This document shows positions 1 to 14,619 of a DNA stretch of 64,000 nucleotides, piece by piece. Position 1 is the first letter of the stretch; each line of letters opens with the position of its first letter. The notes under the pieces were generated by a model. That model was given only the letters and a program-made list of their open reading frames with translations, was not told the origin of the DNA and did not search any database. This stretch comes from Chrysomallon squamiferum (taxonomy: Eukaryota; Animalia; Mollusca): assembly GCA_012295275.1 (NCBI GenBank), contig CM022673.1, positions 11,656,001 to 11,720,000 on the forward strand. Direction: 5' to 3'. The translations under genes were made by a program, and so were the position numbers.

Positions 1-3000
1 CCTGTGAGAGGCTTTCTCTGGATTAGAATCTGAAATAAAAAGTGATTACTGTTATGAAGTTTATTAAATATTTTCTTTTTCTGTTTGTATGTATAGTAGG
101 GAACACCCGGTTACAGTTTTACAAACATCAGCTTTAGCCTGAGAAGGTGAGAATGTCTTGATGCAGCAAAGCTGTACTGAGATACACAGAACCACCTGAT
201 CTGAAAATGTATCTAGTCATCACATATTACCCTGAATACAGTTACTGCAGGATATAACATATGGATTATGACCTGTTTTAGAAACAGATTTATTGAGAAT
301 GTTAACCTTTTTCTGAATTAGCATCTGTAATTTAAGATAACTAAGTAAGATGATAGTAAAGAGAAAAATCTACCAATTCTCTTGATCCCTAAATGGACTT
401 TCTTGTATAAAAGTAAGATAAAAAAAAAAAAAAAAAAAAAAAAAATAAAATAACATTTTTACCTTTTCTAGAAACCACCCAGACATCTTGCCTGTTCCAT
501 CATGTCCAACTCTCAGTTTCTTCAACTGACCAATGTCCAGTGCCTCCACCTAAATTATTGTGAACAAAATTTGTAATTTATTTTATTGAAGTCCAAAAGC
601 AGATTTGTAAATTTATAAAATTGAAAAATTAAAATTATAACTTTAAATTTCAGAAGAATAAAGTTCTTTTACAAGTTTAATAAGATTTTTAGAATGGTCC
701 AAAGTAATTTTAAAATTTATTAAATATTCTAGTGATATTAATGTTGTTTTAAAAATATAAAAGATATTCTAGCACTATCAAAGTGACTTTATAAGAATAT
801 ATAGAAATTCAGAAACTGTAATTGCTGTTTTAAAAGTACAAGTAAAAATTATGTAAATACTGAAGTCTAGACAGAAATTCTGAAAGTGTAGAAGTAGTCT
901 AAAAAGCATAAATATAAATTCTAGAAACAAAGATTTACAAATGTAAATAGTAGTTCTGTTAAACTATAAACTGTGGAAGGCTCAAAATGTTTTTTGTATA
1001 CCTTAAACTTATCCACTTTGCCCTGCTCAAAGTTGTCAGTTTTGTTTCGAAGGAGCAGTTCTTCTGTTTTCTTGTTGTTTTCTCCATACATCTGAATGAA
1101 GACATTGGCGTCTGTTCCTGCCAATGCCTTGTCTCCTGTCCAGACAGTGATTTCATAGGGAATCACTGAAACAGAGTTTACTTAATGTTTACACATCTAG
1201 GAAAGTGGTATTTAAAAACAAGACACACACACGTACAACACATATGTACCACACAGAGGCAAAACCCATGTGTAATCAAAGAAACAAATGAGTATATATA
1301 TACAAAACAGCTATTACCACCAGTGATTCATAAACAAGACAAGTTCATAGAAAAAGTTTAAATCAAATATTATTGAAAATATTTTAATTAAAAGAGTTCC
1401 AAAACTTCAATAAGAAAAAAAAAAATTGTGCTGACCCATTAAAATAGTACTATTAATTATAATACACAAACTAAATAAATTAATTAAAAAAAAAAAAAAT
1501 TAGATTCAAGGATTTATTCTAATATTATAATTATTTTTGAACATTCATGTGTGATAACACTGAATTACAAAAACATAAAATTGATTACGTTTTGAAACTT
1601 TTACGGATCTGATCACATTGTTATTTCACCTTTCCAAATACACTCAACACATGATGATATAAAAATCCGCAAAAAATTTACACCATAAATTAAAAATTAT
1701 CTCTGACCTTTCTCTCTTTGCTCTTTAATTGATGGTTCCAGTTCTATCTCTATTTGTTTATCATCCATGTTGATGGCGAGCCAGCGGTGTGCAGCGAATT
1801 GATAATGCAGTCCACGAGATGGAATATCTATCTGAACACTGTCCAGAAACCAACCAGCTCCAGGCCGACTGCCATCGTGTCCAATTCTGATCTTCTTAAT
1901 CTGAAGTGTTTCCAAAAAAACATGACATAGAGTTATTTCCCTCCACAGCAATTTGAAGAGTTTCAAATGATAGAGTTATTTCCCTCTACAGCTATTTGAA
2001 GAGTTTCAAATGACAGAGTTATTTCCCTCTACAGCAATTTGAAGAGTTTCAAATGATAGAGTTATTTCCCTCCACAGCTATCTGAAGAGTTTCAAAAATT
2101 GATAAAGAGTTATTGCCCTCTACAGCTATCTGAAACACTTCAAAAAGTGATAGCCTCTTTTGAAGAGATTCAAGTTTTACAGAGTTATTTCTCTCAACAG
2201 CTAGTTATAAAAGTTGACACAAAGAGACAATTTTATTCAAAAACAAAATGTTCTAGATTTTAGGATTCAGATGTCAAGTAGAGGAGATATTCATTTAAAA
2301 TAAGTGCAGGTAAAACAACTTAATACTGCTTTTATAATACCACGAAAAAAATTGGCAATATGAGTACAGTGTTCTTTTCTGTCAATTAAGAAATTCTCAA
2401 TCAACAGCAGTTAATGTCTCTAAACAAGTAAATAAAGCTGAACAGATCACAAAAGACTACTCATGAATACCAAATATATATAAAAAAAATTATGTTTAAA
2501 ATCATAAAATAACCAATTTTTTTGTGTTTTTTCCCTTTACCTCTCCAATGTCACAGGCATCAATTTTGAAAAGATCTGTCCGATTGCGTTCAAACTTGTT
2601 GTTTGATGATTCCGACTGTTTCAGCTGGAGAAGTCCAGTGTCTCCTTTCGTACCAAATATTTTCAAGTGGACATTTGCATCAGTTCCAGCAAACCTGACA
2701 TCTCCTGTCTTCACATGTATGTGATAGGATGTGGCTGTAACAAAAAAAAGAAAAAAATACAGTAATAAATAATATACTTAAATTAATTATAAATGTGATA
2801 TCCAACCATAACTAGAATGACAGAAGCAGAGAATCAGGCAAAGAGAGAGCAACGTACAGAAATTTTTGAATTAACGGTTCTTAATTTTTTTTTATAATGA
2901 CTCTGTGACAGCAAAAAACTGTTTCCTCAACATTTTGAGCTTCTCTGACTTAATGCTGTTTTATTCAAACATTATAAAGTTTTTAATGAGTTGTACACAA

Positions 3001-3093
3001 TGTAAAAGACTTACTGTTGAGCATTGCTGAGCCCTCAGCCATCAACTCTCTTTCTATGAGTCCATCATCTTTATTTAGTGCTAGCCACCTGTA

Positions 3094-3144
<51 letters not shown>

Positions 3145-3989
3145 AATTGCTTAAATAAATACAAATAAATAAAGGATAACTGTGGCATAATTTGGTTTTG
3201 GTTATGAAAAGATACTTTGTCCACAAAGTTCTAGTATCCATAGTTCTATCAACATCTGTAATATCACTGTAATATTATAATGCTATAATATCATAGTTTC
3301 GTCAATGAAAAAAAACCTATCTTTACCTGTTACATTCAAAAGTGGTATCATATTTGTTGTTTCCATCTTGCTTGACAACAACTTTGTCCAAGAACCAGTC
3401 AGCTCCTAAACCTTTTCCATCATGGCCGATTCTGATTTTGTTTAGTTTCATCAGTGTCACTGCTTCAATGGAGAACACATCAAGCTAAAATGAAGAGAAC
3501 AGTGTAAATAAAACATCGATATTATACTGAAAATGGGTTTAATTAGAATTTATCGCACAAAAAAATATATAAAATATTTCCATTTTGTTCCAAAGTTTAT
3601 ATACTCACATAAACCATACATATATCCAACATACACCCTGACATGCTTATTCTTTTAAGAAATGTTTTGTCTTAAGAAAATGTATCAAATTTCAACAGTT
3701 TTCTGTAATAAAATACAAAATAATCTAGATGATTAAAAAATAATAAAAATAATATTAACATATTTTATTTTGTTATCAACAACCCTGACAATAGGCACTT
3801 CATATCCATTTCTGTCTCTAAACTGAGACAATCTTTTAATGTTCATTTACAATTATTACAGTTTTATCTTGCACGCTATATTATTATACACATACACACA
3901 CATACAGCATATAAATACATGAATACACACACACACAGAAACTCATACACACAAACACACACACACACACACACAGATACTCATATACA

Positions 3990-4025
<36 letters not shown>

Positions 4026-5525
4026 CTCATACACACAAATACACACACACATCCACACACAGAGATACTCATATACACAAACATATGTCTCATCCTAAAA
4101 TGAACAAAAACATGCCATACTCCTGTTTACAAAACAATCCACTAATATACAGGTGGGACAACGGTTGAGGTGGGAACTGTTTCTTCAGATTCAGATTCAG
4201 TGGCCTTACAGTATTAAGTGACGTACAGAGGTGGATTATACTTTTTTTTATTTCTTACATATTTATATCAAGCTTATAACATGCATTTCATGCAATTTAA
4301 TACTGGCTATAACAAACATTCTAGCATCTAGCGTATATTATAACCACAGAATTGAATAATGTTTTAATGATATTTATTTATACTTGTATGAACAATTATT
4401 GGCAGAGTCTCTACTTTATTGTTGTTGTTATGCTTTTTAAATTTTGTTTTCTTTTACAATGGTGTTTAATACTTTTCATGTTCTACAATTTTCTTGCTAA
4501 ATTTGAGAGAAATTCAGTCCAGAATGTGCTGTTTTGCAAAGGAAATTGTTTTTTGTCTGTTACTCTTGCTATTTTATTTGTTTGTTGCTTACATTTGTTG
4601 AAATGGGTATTCTTTAGGTTCCAGGTTCAGTTTAATTCACTTTGAATGACCTCTTGAAATGGATTAAATTGGACGTGTGGGGCACCACTGTGGTTCAGTC
4701 AAAATATGACAGCACAAACATGGTGCCAACATTCTGCAGACCAGTCTTTTAACAAGCAACAAGGGATATTTTAGTTTGATCTTTCATTTTTGAGAAACCA
4801 TCCCTGAAGAACTGTCTACTACAGAAAACAGACTATGCATGCAAAAAAGGGGTCATTTTGGTGAAATAGTCACCTTTGTTTTAAATAATGTTATTAAAAA
4901 ATATCAGTGTTTTGTTTATAGTAAATAATTTGAGTCTTAACTAAAGCTGGCTAAAGATTATTTACTGCTGAAATGAGTACAAAATTTACATTTTTCATTA
5001 TAAAAATTCTAAATAATAATAATAATAAAATATATATATAAAATAAATTAATATTGTAGTTTTCAAATAATTCACTGTAAAATGGAGTCTTTTTTAAAAA
5101 GAAATTTGTCATGTATAAAATATATTTTTCTGAGATAATAAAATAAGATTTCTTTGGTGAGAACATTTTAAATTCATACATTTTGGAAAATACATTTAAT
5201 GAAAACTAAAAATATTTTGTTGTACTTAAAGCAAGCACATGCTGTTAATAACAATGCACATTTACAGCTTTTATTTATAATATTATATATATAGTACACT
5301 GAAGAGAAAGAATACAGTCAAAAGATAAAAATTTTATAAATATATGTTAAATAAATAATAGTATTTTTATAAAAAATTTAAAATATTAAACCTTATTGTG
5401 AATAAACAAACAAACAAACAAACAAATAAATAAATAAATAAACAAAAAACAAATGGCATTAAATGAAAAAAAAAATATATATATAAAATAGTTTTGCTAA
5501 AAAATATAAATAATAACTTAATAAA

Positions 5526-5559
<34 letters not shown>

Positions 5560-5983
5560 GACTTCTCTGAAGTATTTATTATTTTCATATTTGATTTTGA
5601 CTTGCATTCTTCTGTCAGTACAGTATAACTATATATAACTCATAAATTAAGCACAAACATATTCATATACCAAATCTGCCTCCTCAGAAATCTGTCATGG
5701 AAAAAAATATGTCATACACTATGTCACATTTGCAAACAGTAAATAAACATTTAAATAACACAAGACACAGAAAAATGTACATCAACCTTTGCGCATCAAG
5801 CAGTATGTTAACCAAAATATTTCTATGGTGAAAAATGAGCAGAAAATTTATTTTAAGAAATGTCTCTGACAAAAGTTTACTGATTATTATTTAAATTTAA
5901 TTTTCATTTATATTATCCGTTGTTTCTTGATTGCTTTTTGATTTTATGCATTTTGTAAAGGTAGAATTAAGTAAATGAAACAG

Positions 5984-6040
<57 letters not shown>

Positions 6041-6623
6041 AGAAATATCTAAAAATAGGTTGTGAGATACATAAATTATATAAAAAAAAAACAATAAATA
6101 AAATTTGTGTATTTATAAATTATATCAAAACAGAAGGATCAAAATATATAAATAAATGTAAAGCTTAGCAAAACAGAGCAATCAGAAGAGATAAAGGAAA
6201 ATCAAACTGATTGAAAGAGATAAAAATAAAAACAAAATGAGAAAAAAAGAGTGAGAAATGTAATTACCTGATTTTTCTCAAATTTATTTTTTTTAGTTGA
6301 AGATCTCTTTAGAAATCTTTTACCAGTGTCGCCAAGCTGTCCGAATAATTCAATGTAGACATTGGCATCTGTTCCTGCAAACTTCTTATTTCCTGTGTAC
6401 ACTTCCACAGTGTAATGTACCACTGAAGTGTTTTTAAAAAAATGATATATGAATTATTGAAACATAAAAATAAAAACATTTAAATTCAATCCTAAATACT
6501 TTACTTACAAAACTGATGCAAATATGAAAAAGGAAGTCTGGTTGGTGGAATCCAGTGATATTGTTTGAGCAACGTTATTGACAGAATGTGACTTCTTTAA
6601 GTTTTGAATAATATTTTTTTTAT

Positions 6624-6656
<33 letters not shown>

Positions 6657-9251
6657 TATTATTATTTTTTTTTTTTTTATCATACCTGGAAGAGGTTTTA
6701 TGCCTGGACCCTGTGCAGGCAACTCCCGAACAGTCTCTTCATCATCTTCATCATCAGCTAGCCAACGGTTACATGGGAAACAGTATCTTTCTTTACCTTC
6801 CATGTTTTCCATTTCAATCTGTGCAAATAAATAAATAAATAAATAAGTAACATTTTGTAAGATGATCTTACATTAAAGCAATTATCACAGTAGAAAAGAG
6901 GAAAGTTAAAAAAAAAAGATAAGAAAAGAATAAAGAGAGAAGAAAAGAAAAAAAAAAGGAAAAGAAGAGAAGATAGAGAGAAAAGAAAGAAAAGTGGAGC
7001 AGTGAAAAAAAGATTTCAGAACAGAAGAGAACAAAAAATGAAATATATAAATACTATAGAGTAAAATAGATTTGAGCAAAACAGTTTAAAGCAATGAAAA
7101 GAGAATAATATACATCTGTTTTTCACAGAGTAAAATAAATAACTAAATAACTAAATAAATATCGAAATAAATAAATAAATAAATATGCTTATTTATATCT
7201 TTTTACATGTAAGAAAAAAGCAGAGCCAAATATGTAACAGCCAACATGCACTAGGTCACGAAGAACTACACTAACCCTGTCGAGGTGCCAGCCTGGTGCA
7301 ATCCCAGTGTTATCATGATACACTCGCAGTTTGTACGGCTTCCCAATGTCCATCATGTTGACCTTGAACCTGTCCATTTTTCCACGTTCGAATGGATTAC
7401 CTTTGTTGTCCAGAGGAATGTCATCAGATTTACCTTTCTCACCGTAGACAACAATTTCCACATTGGCGTTGGTCCCAGCACCGTCAACATCGCTTGTGTA
7501 CACCCACACACACCAAGTATTTTCTAGAAAATTATTTAAAAAATGTTTTAAATTCTAATTTCGATTTTAAGACATGCTTCAGAAGTATTTTTTAATAAAC
7601 ACAGATAATATAACAGCTTTAGTGTGAATAAAGAAAATTATAAATAATGAGAAGGAGCCATTGAAACCCAAACAACTGAACATTAACAAAAGATATATAT
7701 ATATTGTTATTCAGGATAGAAAATGAATTATTAGAAAACAGAAGTACAATTTGCATTTTTTTTTTAAATTAATATAGTGTAGGATCATTATTATTTGAAT
7801 AAATAGATCAAGACTATCAGAATTTTTCGTATTTTATAAAGATCGGACTTTTTAAAAGTGCAATAAAAAGAAAATTCAATACTTTTCTCTTTCTTTTTTC
7901 TCATAGCTTTCTGTTCATACAAAGATGTCTGCACAACTTGATCCCCTTCGTCAGTTGCCAGCCACTTCCCATGAGGAAAGAACTGCTCTATTCCTGCACG
8001 TGGACAGTACACAGTCACCGAATCAAGAAACCAACCAGACGCAACTCCGCTGTTGTCATGGCCGATGTCCAGCCTGGTCAGAGGGCTCAACATTTTGCCC
8101 ACGTCAACTTCAAATCTGTCTGACTTGCCTCTGACAAAACTTCCATTTTTCAGCCATATTCTCCCACTTGTGTCTTGTCCTTTTCCAATCAGTTCAACGA
8201 ACACGTTGGCGTCTGTACCAGCATTTTGTTTGTCACCAGTTGCAACGGTTAAAATGAAAGGGATACCTAGAAAAATAACACAGGTAATATTAAAATATTA
8301 ATTATACTTAGATCAGTGTATATATGCACTGTATAATAATATATAATAGAAAAACAATAAAATTAATAATAATAATAATAATAGTAATAATAATAATAAT
8401 AATAAAAATAATAATAAAATAAAATAAACAAATAAATAAATAAACAGTAAAATAAATAAATAAAATAAATATTAAATAATAATAAAAAAAAATGTTTCTA
8501 GATATTAAATTTAAGGTTTGTGCCCAAACATGTAATTTAAATTGTGATTCATAATTAATCAAGTTTCTACATTGAAAACTGATGGCAAAAGTAAAAAAAA
8601 AAAAAAATAAAAATCATCAAAAAAATAAATACCAAGTTAGATAACTGGCATTATTGTTTAATTAGAAATATTTCTTTAAATGTTGAAGAATTACTTCACA
8701 TGTACACACCCATGCACCCCCTACACACACACACAAAACACAGATTTTCTTAACTAATCAAAGAATATTTGTATCTAATATGTATACTCCTCTAAGCACT
8801 CAATGATCATTCATTTGAGTGTGTATAGGTATGTATGTGAGCAAACATGGGCTGTACATGTGTGTGTGTGTGTCTGTACATATGTACATCTATGCTTATT
8901 AGTGAACTGATTTAAAGCACTGTGGGTACAGGCAGTGCATTTCTCTTGAGCTAGTTACGTGTGTATTACACTTCATATCCTGTCATAGCTTACTCACTAC
9001 TTAACAAAACTAGTACTTCCTTGACTGAACAGATATAGCTGTGGAGAATGTCGGATTCAGGGTCTTTTCCAGAAAAGTGATTATTAATTCTTTTTTTTTT
9101 GGTCATGCATGCACGCACACACACACACACAAACATACCATTATACAAATCAGTGTTGTTTGGTACGTAACATGGTAACATATTTTATACATACACACAT
9201 GCATATACATACATATATATATACATATACATACATACATACATATACATA

Positions 9252-9282
<31 letters not shown>

Positions 9283-10462
9283 CATACATGCCCAGCTAAA
9301 TCTTAGCAAACATGCAGTGATATAAAGCAGCTGTGAATTTTGTAATAATTATATTACCACAATTTTCTTCAGTTAAATCTAATAAATACAGCATCAATGT
9401 GAGTATTAACTAAATACAAGTCAGTATTTAGCAGCTGACATACTAACGAGAGAACAAAAGTAAATTTAGAGCTTATGAAAAATTAACGTGCCTGAAAATT
9501 TTAACAATTATAAAATGCATACAGGACATGACAGCATATACCAAATAGTTTGACAAACCAGTTCTAATGCCACTGGGCTGTATGTTACAAATTTATAACA
9601 ATTATTTATTCTTTTTTTGTTTCTTTTTTTTTGTGAACAGATAACAAAAGCTGAATATATAGAAACTATAACACTGAAAAGTATTGGACTACTGTTTAAT
9701 TACCTTCACCTGGAGATATGAAATATAAAATATTCAAAGAAATACGTTAGACATTTCATGAAGTTTTTATAATAATTGTTAAGAAGAAATTAAAAAGAAA
9801 TCAAGAGAGAAAATAAAGGAAATACTTATCACCATTCTGATATTAAAATAAAACTCACACACACAGATACACACACACACAAGGTAAACATATCTGTATG
9901 CAGAAATCTAATGGAAACACAAACGATAAAAATTCATCTTCTTCAGTATCTCAATTTTTTTTCATATAATGAAATCTTGCTTCATTTTTAAACTTATAGC
10001 ATCATGAAACAGTGTATCTCTTTTCTTGAACTTTCAGTCTGCCCCTGCTTTATGTAATTATTACACATTAAAATAACATGATTTAATGTGAACAAACCTG
10101 GATCACAGTCCATTGGTCCCACATTGACTGCGAGCTCTCTAGCTATCTGACCATCATCTTCATCATCAGCGAGCCAGCGATGACAAGGAAACTCATACAC
10201 TGTGCCCATCTGAACATCATCTATTATAATCTGTTTAAATAAATAAATATGTAAATAAATAAATAAACAAACAAACATAAAATTTAAAAACTATAAAATA
10301 AATAAATAACTAAATGAATACATAATAAACTGATAAATGAATGAAATAATAATGGATAAACAACATAAATCAATAAAATACTAAAAAAAAAATTTAAAAA
10401 AATAAATACAATAAAAACAACAAAAAAATTAAAATAAAACATTCATGTATATGTATCTACCT

Positions 10463-10518
<56 letters not shown>

Positions 10519-10520
10519 AC

Positions 10521-10551
<31 letters not shown>

Positions 10552-11367
10552 TAAGCACAAACAAATACACATGCTCACACACATAGATAAAATGTTTTAA
10601 AATGATGTATTTAATTTTGACAGTAAGGATATGAAAAATATCATAACAGAAACAATAAATTAGAGAATATTCAAAGATAAATATTTGTGTGAATAAGACA
10701 TCTGTCTGGTACATGCTATTCAACAAACTCTTCTTGACAGTAACAAGGTATAACCTTGACCATTCCATTTTTGACTGTAAAATGGTTAGTTTGTTTGGTC
10801 ATTAGAATGAAAAATTAGTTCTGTACAGAAGGTGGCACCAGTTCACACCAGTTGTTAGAGCAATCGATTAATCTCTGCAAGTGATAGTGTTAAATGAACA
10901 AGTGAATATTTAAATTACCCAGACTGTAGGATCAATTATCTTTCTTTCTTCATTATTAAACTCTTTTAATTATTTTACAAAGCGATAAATTAAATAATAA
11001 TAAAACACAAACACATAATATATATATATATATATAGATTTATTTATTTCTCAACAACACAACAAAAAACAAAAACAATTTATGAGACGGGAAAGTTTAG
11101 GATTAAATTAGAACAGTGTTTACAAATTTGAGATAAATAAACACTAAAGACAGACAATACACTGGTTGTCTGAAAGCCAAAGTTGTATGAAATTCTCACA
11201 GTCTGTGTACAGTAGCAGTGGGTGTGACTTAGAAACTGTAACATGGTTCATGAGCAGTGTCATGGATATAACTACAAAAGAATATTATTCAAGAATTATC
11301 ACTCATTGGCTACACCTTGACAGAGGTAGGTAGGTAGGTGTGTGTGCATGTCAGAGAGAGAGAGGGA

Positions 11368-11424
<57 letters not shown>

Positions 11425-14400
11425 GTAGTGAGAGAAACAGAAAAAGACAGAAGGAAAGAGAAAGACAGAAAAGGGTAAAAGAAAGTAGGATAGAAAGAGA
11501 CATAAAAAGTCAAAAAGACATTAACAGAGTGAGAGACACACAGCACCAAATTTAAATATATATATATATCTATGTAACAAATGAACTGAATACCGTTATG
11601 ACCACAACATTTAAAAAAAAAATTGTGACATTTTGTATTAAACACACTTTATAAACTTGTGGTGCGTGAATTGGCTGTTACTGTAGGATACATCCACTTC
11701 AAGTCTCTTGAAAAAAGAGGAAATGTTCAGATTTTAATGACTGATTTCTACGTAGATCCGCAACATAGTTTTAACCAAAGAAGCAAAACAAGAAACTGTA
11801 ACCAAAGTCTTTAAGACTGTTCCACTTGGACAAACAAATTTTGTTTTTCTTACTTGCCTTATTAAGTGGCAGTTATGGCTTACGTCATAGCCAATATGAA
11901 CACATAATTAATTTAGAAAAATAAATTTGTAGTATTAAATTGACATTTGGACTGCTTAGTGTTCTTCATGTGTCAGTGTTGCTGATGTTAATAAAGGCAA
12001 AATTACAAAGTTACCTCATGTAAGTATTTTTTATTATTACTGAATTTAAAAAAATCTTAGCAAATTTTGGTTTTCTGCATAATGTTCAGCAGTTGACCGA
12101 TTTTATAGAAAATTGTTCCCAAAATACTGTGAACAATTGTTTTGACTGGTACTAGCAATCTCTGTTTTCTAATAATAATGTATGATGATAAATCAAACAT
12201 AAATGTAAGGAGATTATTTTTTTCTAAATGCTAATATACACAGAAAACATTTAGAATATTCTCTGAAAAATTAGTTTTATTTGCTAAATGATGCCATTAT
12301 ATGGAACATTTTTATTGTTATATTTTGTTATCAACAAAGACTTATAGCCACTAACAAAGAATTCATAATATATTTAGGTTAATAACATTTTAATGTATTT
12401 TATTTTAATATAGTTTAGATATTATTACATGAATAATCTACTGAATTACCATCATGTATCTATACTAAATAGTCTTCACATATGAAAGAAAATAAAACTA
12501 AATAAATAAAAAGCAAAGAATGAACCTAACACTCACAAAAGAAATGCCCCTAAAAAGAATTAATTAAAAAATAATAATAGAACTAAAAAAAAGTAGCAAA
12601 AGAACAGAATAACATCCAAAGAATAAAAAAATAAATAAATTTTTAAAAAAGAGAGTCTGAAAAAAAAGAGACTAATATCATTTTTTTTTTTTTTTTACAA
12701 TTTACACTCACAGCTGTACACAGCATGTGTTTAAAACCACACACATAAACGATCTGCTTAAATCTGCAGTGAATTTATCAGTGAACGCAGGTTGTTCTGA
12801 TTAGCAAGTATTGGTTACACATGTACTGGTAGACATTCTGTAATCATATCTGTTAAGTATATCAAGCAATGATGTATCATACTCACTAATGAGTGAGTGA
12901 TAGCTTAGTGGTTCAGAGGTGTGGAACAAAAAAAAAAAAATAATAATAATAATAAAAAAAAAAAATAATAGTAACAATAAAATAAAAATAATTGTAACAA
13001 TAAAATTTTAATAATAATAATAATAAGATATATTTTTTTTAAATCAGAAACAAATTCAAAAGAAAAAAAAAAAAGAAAGCCACTACAAACATCACTATTA
13101 CTACTCTACCAATATTCACCACTTCTACTATTGCAAAAATAACAAATATTGCTACAGTACAATAAATACTACTACCACTACCAGTACTACTATTATTAAT
13201 CTTCTGCAATAAATCCTATCTCAAATTTGTAAACTGATGGTTCTACACTGGTACTATTACTGCAGGTGTTATTACTGATATCCCTCTGAATACAGCTATT
13301 TCTACTAGATGTACTACTTCTTCTACTACAACCACTTTTGTACTACTTCAGTTGCTGCTACTTTAACTATCACCGAGTGAGCCATTTAGCATCCAGACCA
13401 AAGATTCTGTCAGCAATTATAACTCATGTACCCCAAGAATATAAACACAATAAGCAGCTCATTCACTGATGTATTCAAAGAAATGCTACAATCATCAGTG
13501 GCATTTCCAGGATTTATTTTACAGCCTGCATGTCAGGTAAATTCAACCACCTGCAGTTTACCTGAGAGACATGTGCCGATTCCACTGATGTGAGAAAGCA
13601 GGTGCTGTTGAATACACAGACACACAGAAACATACAAAAAAGCAGAAGAAAATTAAAAAAAAAAAAAATGAATTGCTTGTGTTTTTAGCTTTACTAAAAT
13701 CAAATATATGTTGTGGAAATATTTAATCATTGTTGTTGGTTTGGGGTAAAGGATTTTTACAAAATAATAATAAAACTATAATAATAAAAAAATAAAAAAA
13801 GTAATAATAATTTCTGGATATAACATTTAATATGCCACTATAAAATAACAACAAAAACAGTTGTTTTTTTTTAAATGTAAAAAAATAATATAAGAAAAAA
13901 GAAAAAAGAAATTTAAAAAATTAAAACTTTCCCCAAAAATTCAGCAAAAAAACACAAAAAAACAACAACATACTCATTTTAATAACAAGAAAATACGTAT
14001 GAAAACAGTCATAAGCAATATAAATCAACAACTTTAAAAAAATCCATAAAAACAGTAAGATGTAAAACTAAAGAATTTTTCAGTTCTTGTTGATGCTTTC
14101 TTTTAAGACAACTACAGTAGAAGAATGAGGTGCTACTGCAGAAAGCGTAGGTGTAATGTAAGACACTAATTACCCCATCTCAGTGAATCATGTAATTAAG
14201 AAGATTTGTCATACTGACATTCTGTTATTATTAACCATACACCTGTCATATTATTATTCTCTATATATTTCCTTTCAAAACTTTTTTGCAGTTAAGATTT
14301 CAAAAATTTGTGCCAGTATATGTTTTCTTTAAAAAATATTTTCAGTTAATATTTAAAAGTGTTTTCTCATGCACATATGTTTTCTTTCAACACCTTTATC

Positions 14401-14580
14401 AATTAATACTTCAAAAACTGGATAAAAGTGTGTATCTTACATATATGTTTTCTTTCAAGAACTTTGCAGTTAATATCAGAAACCTGATAAAGATGTGTAT
14501 TTTATGTATATGTATACATATTTTTCCTTTCAATAACCTTTGATATATCAAAAACTTAATAAAAGTGTTTATTTTATTAT

Positions 14581-14619
<39 letters not shown>

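Noticed and set aside
1905-2200. 43-bp repeats as a possible CRISPR array
   Set aside because: No variable spacers; it is a head-to-tail minisatellite.
3884-6094. Short F/I/L/C/V-rich ORFs here and throughout (also 8308-9309, 10457-11645, 20017-22797, 29814-30929, 57091-60015)
   Set aside because: Translations of microsatellites and poly(A/T) intron sequence, with no coding signature.
13080-13380. ACT/ACC-rich stretch as a possible mucin-like exon
   Set aside because: Degenerate trinucleotide repeat with no long open frame or convincing splice sites.
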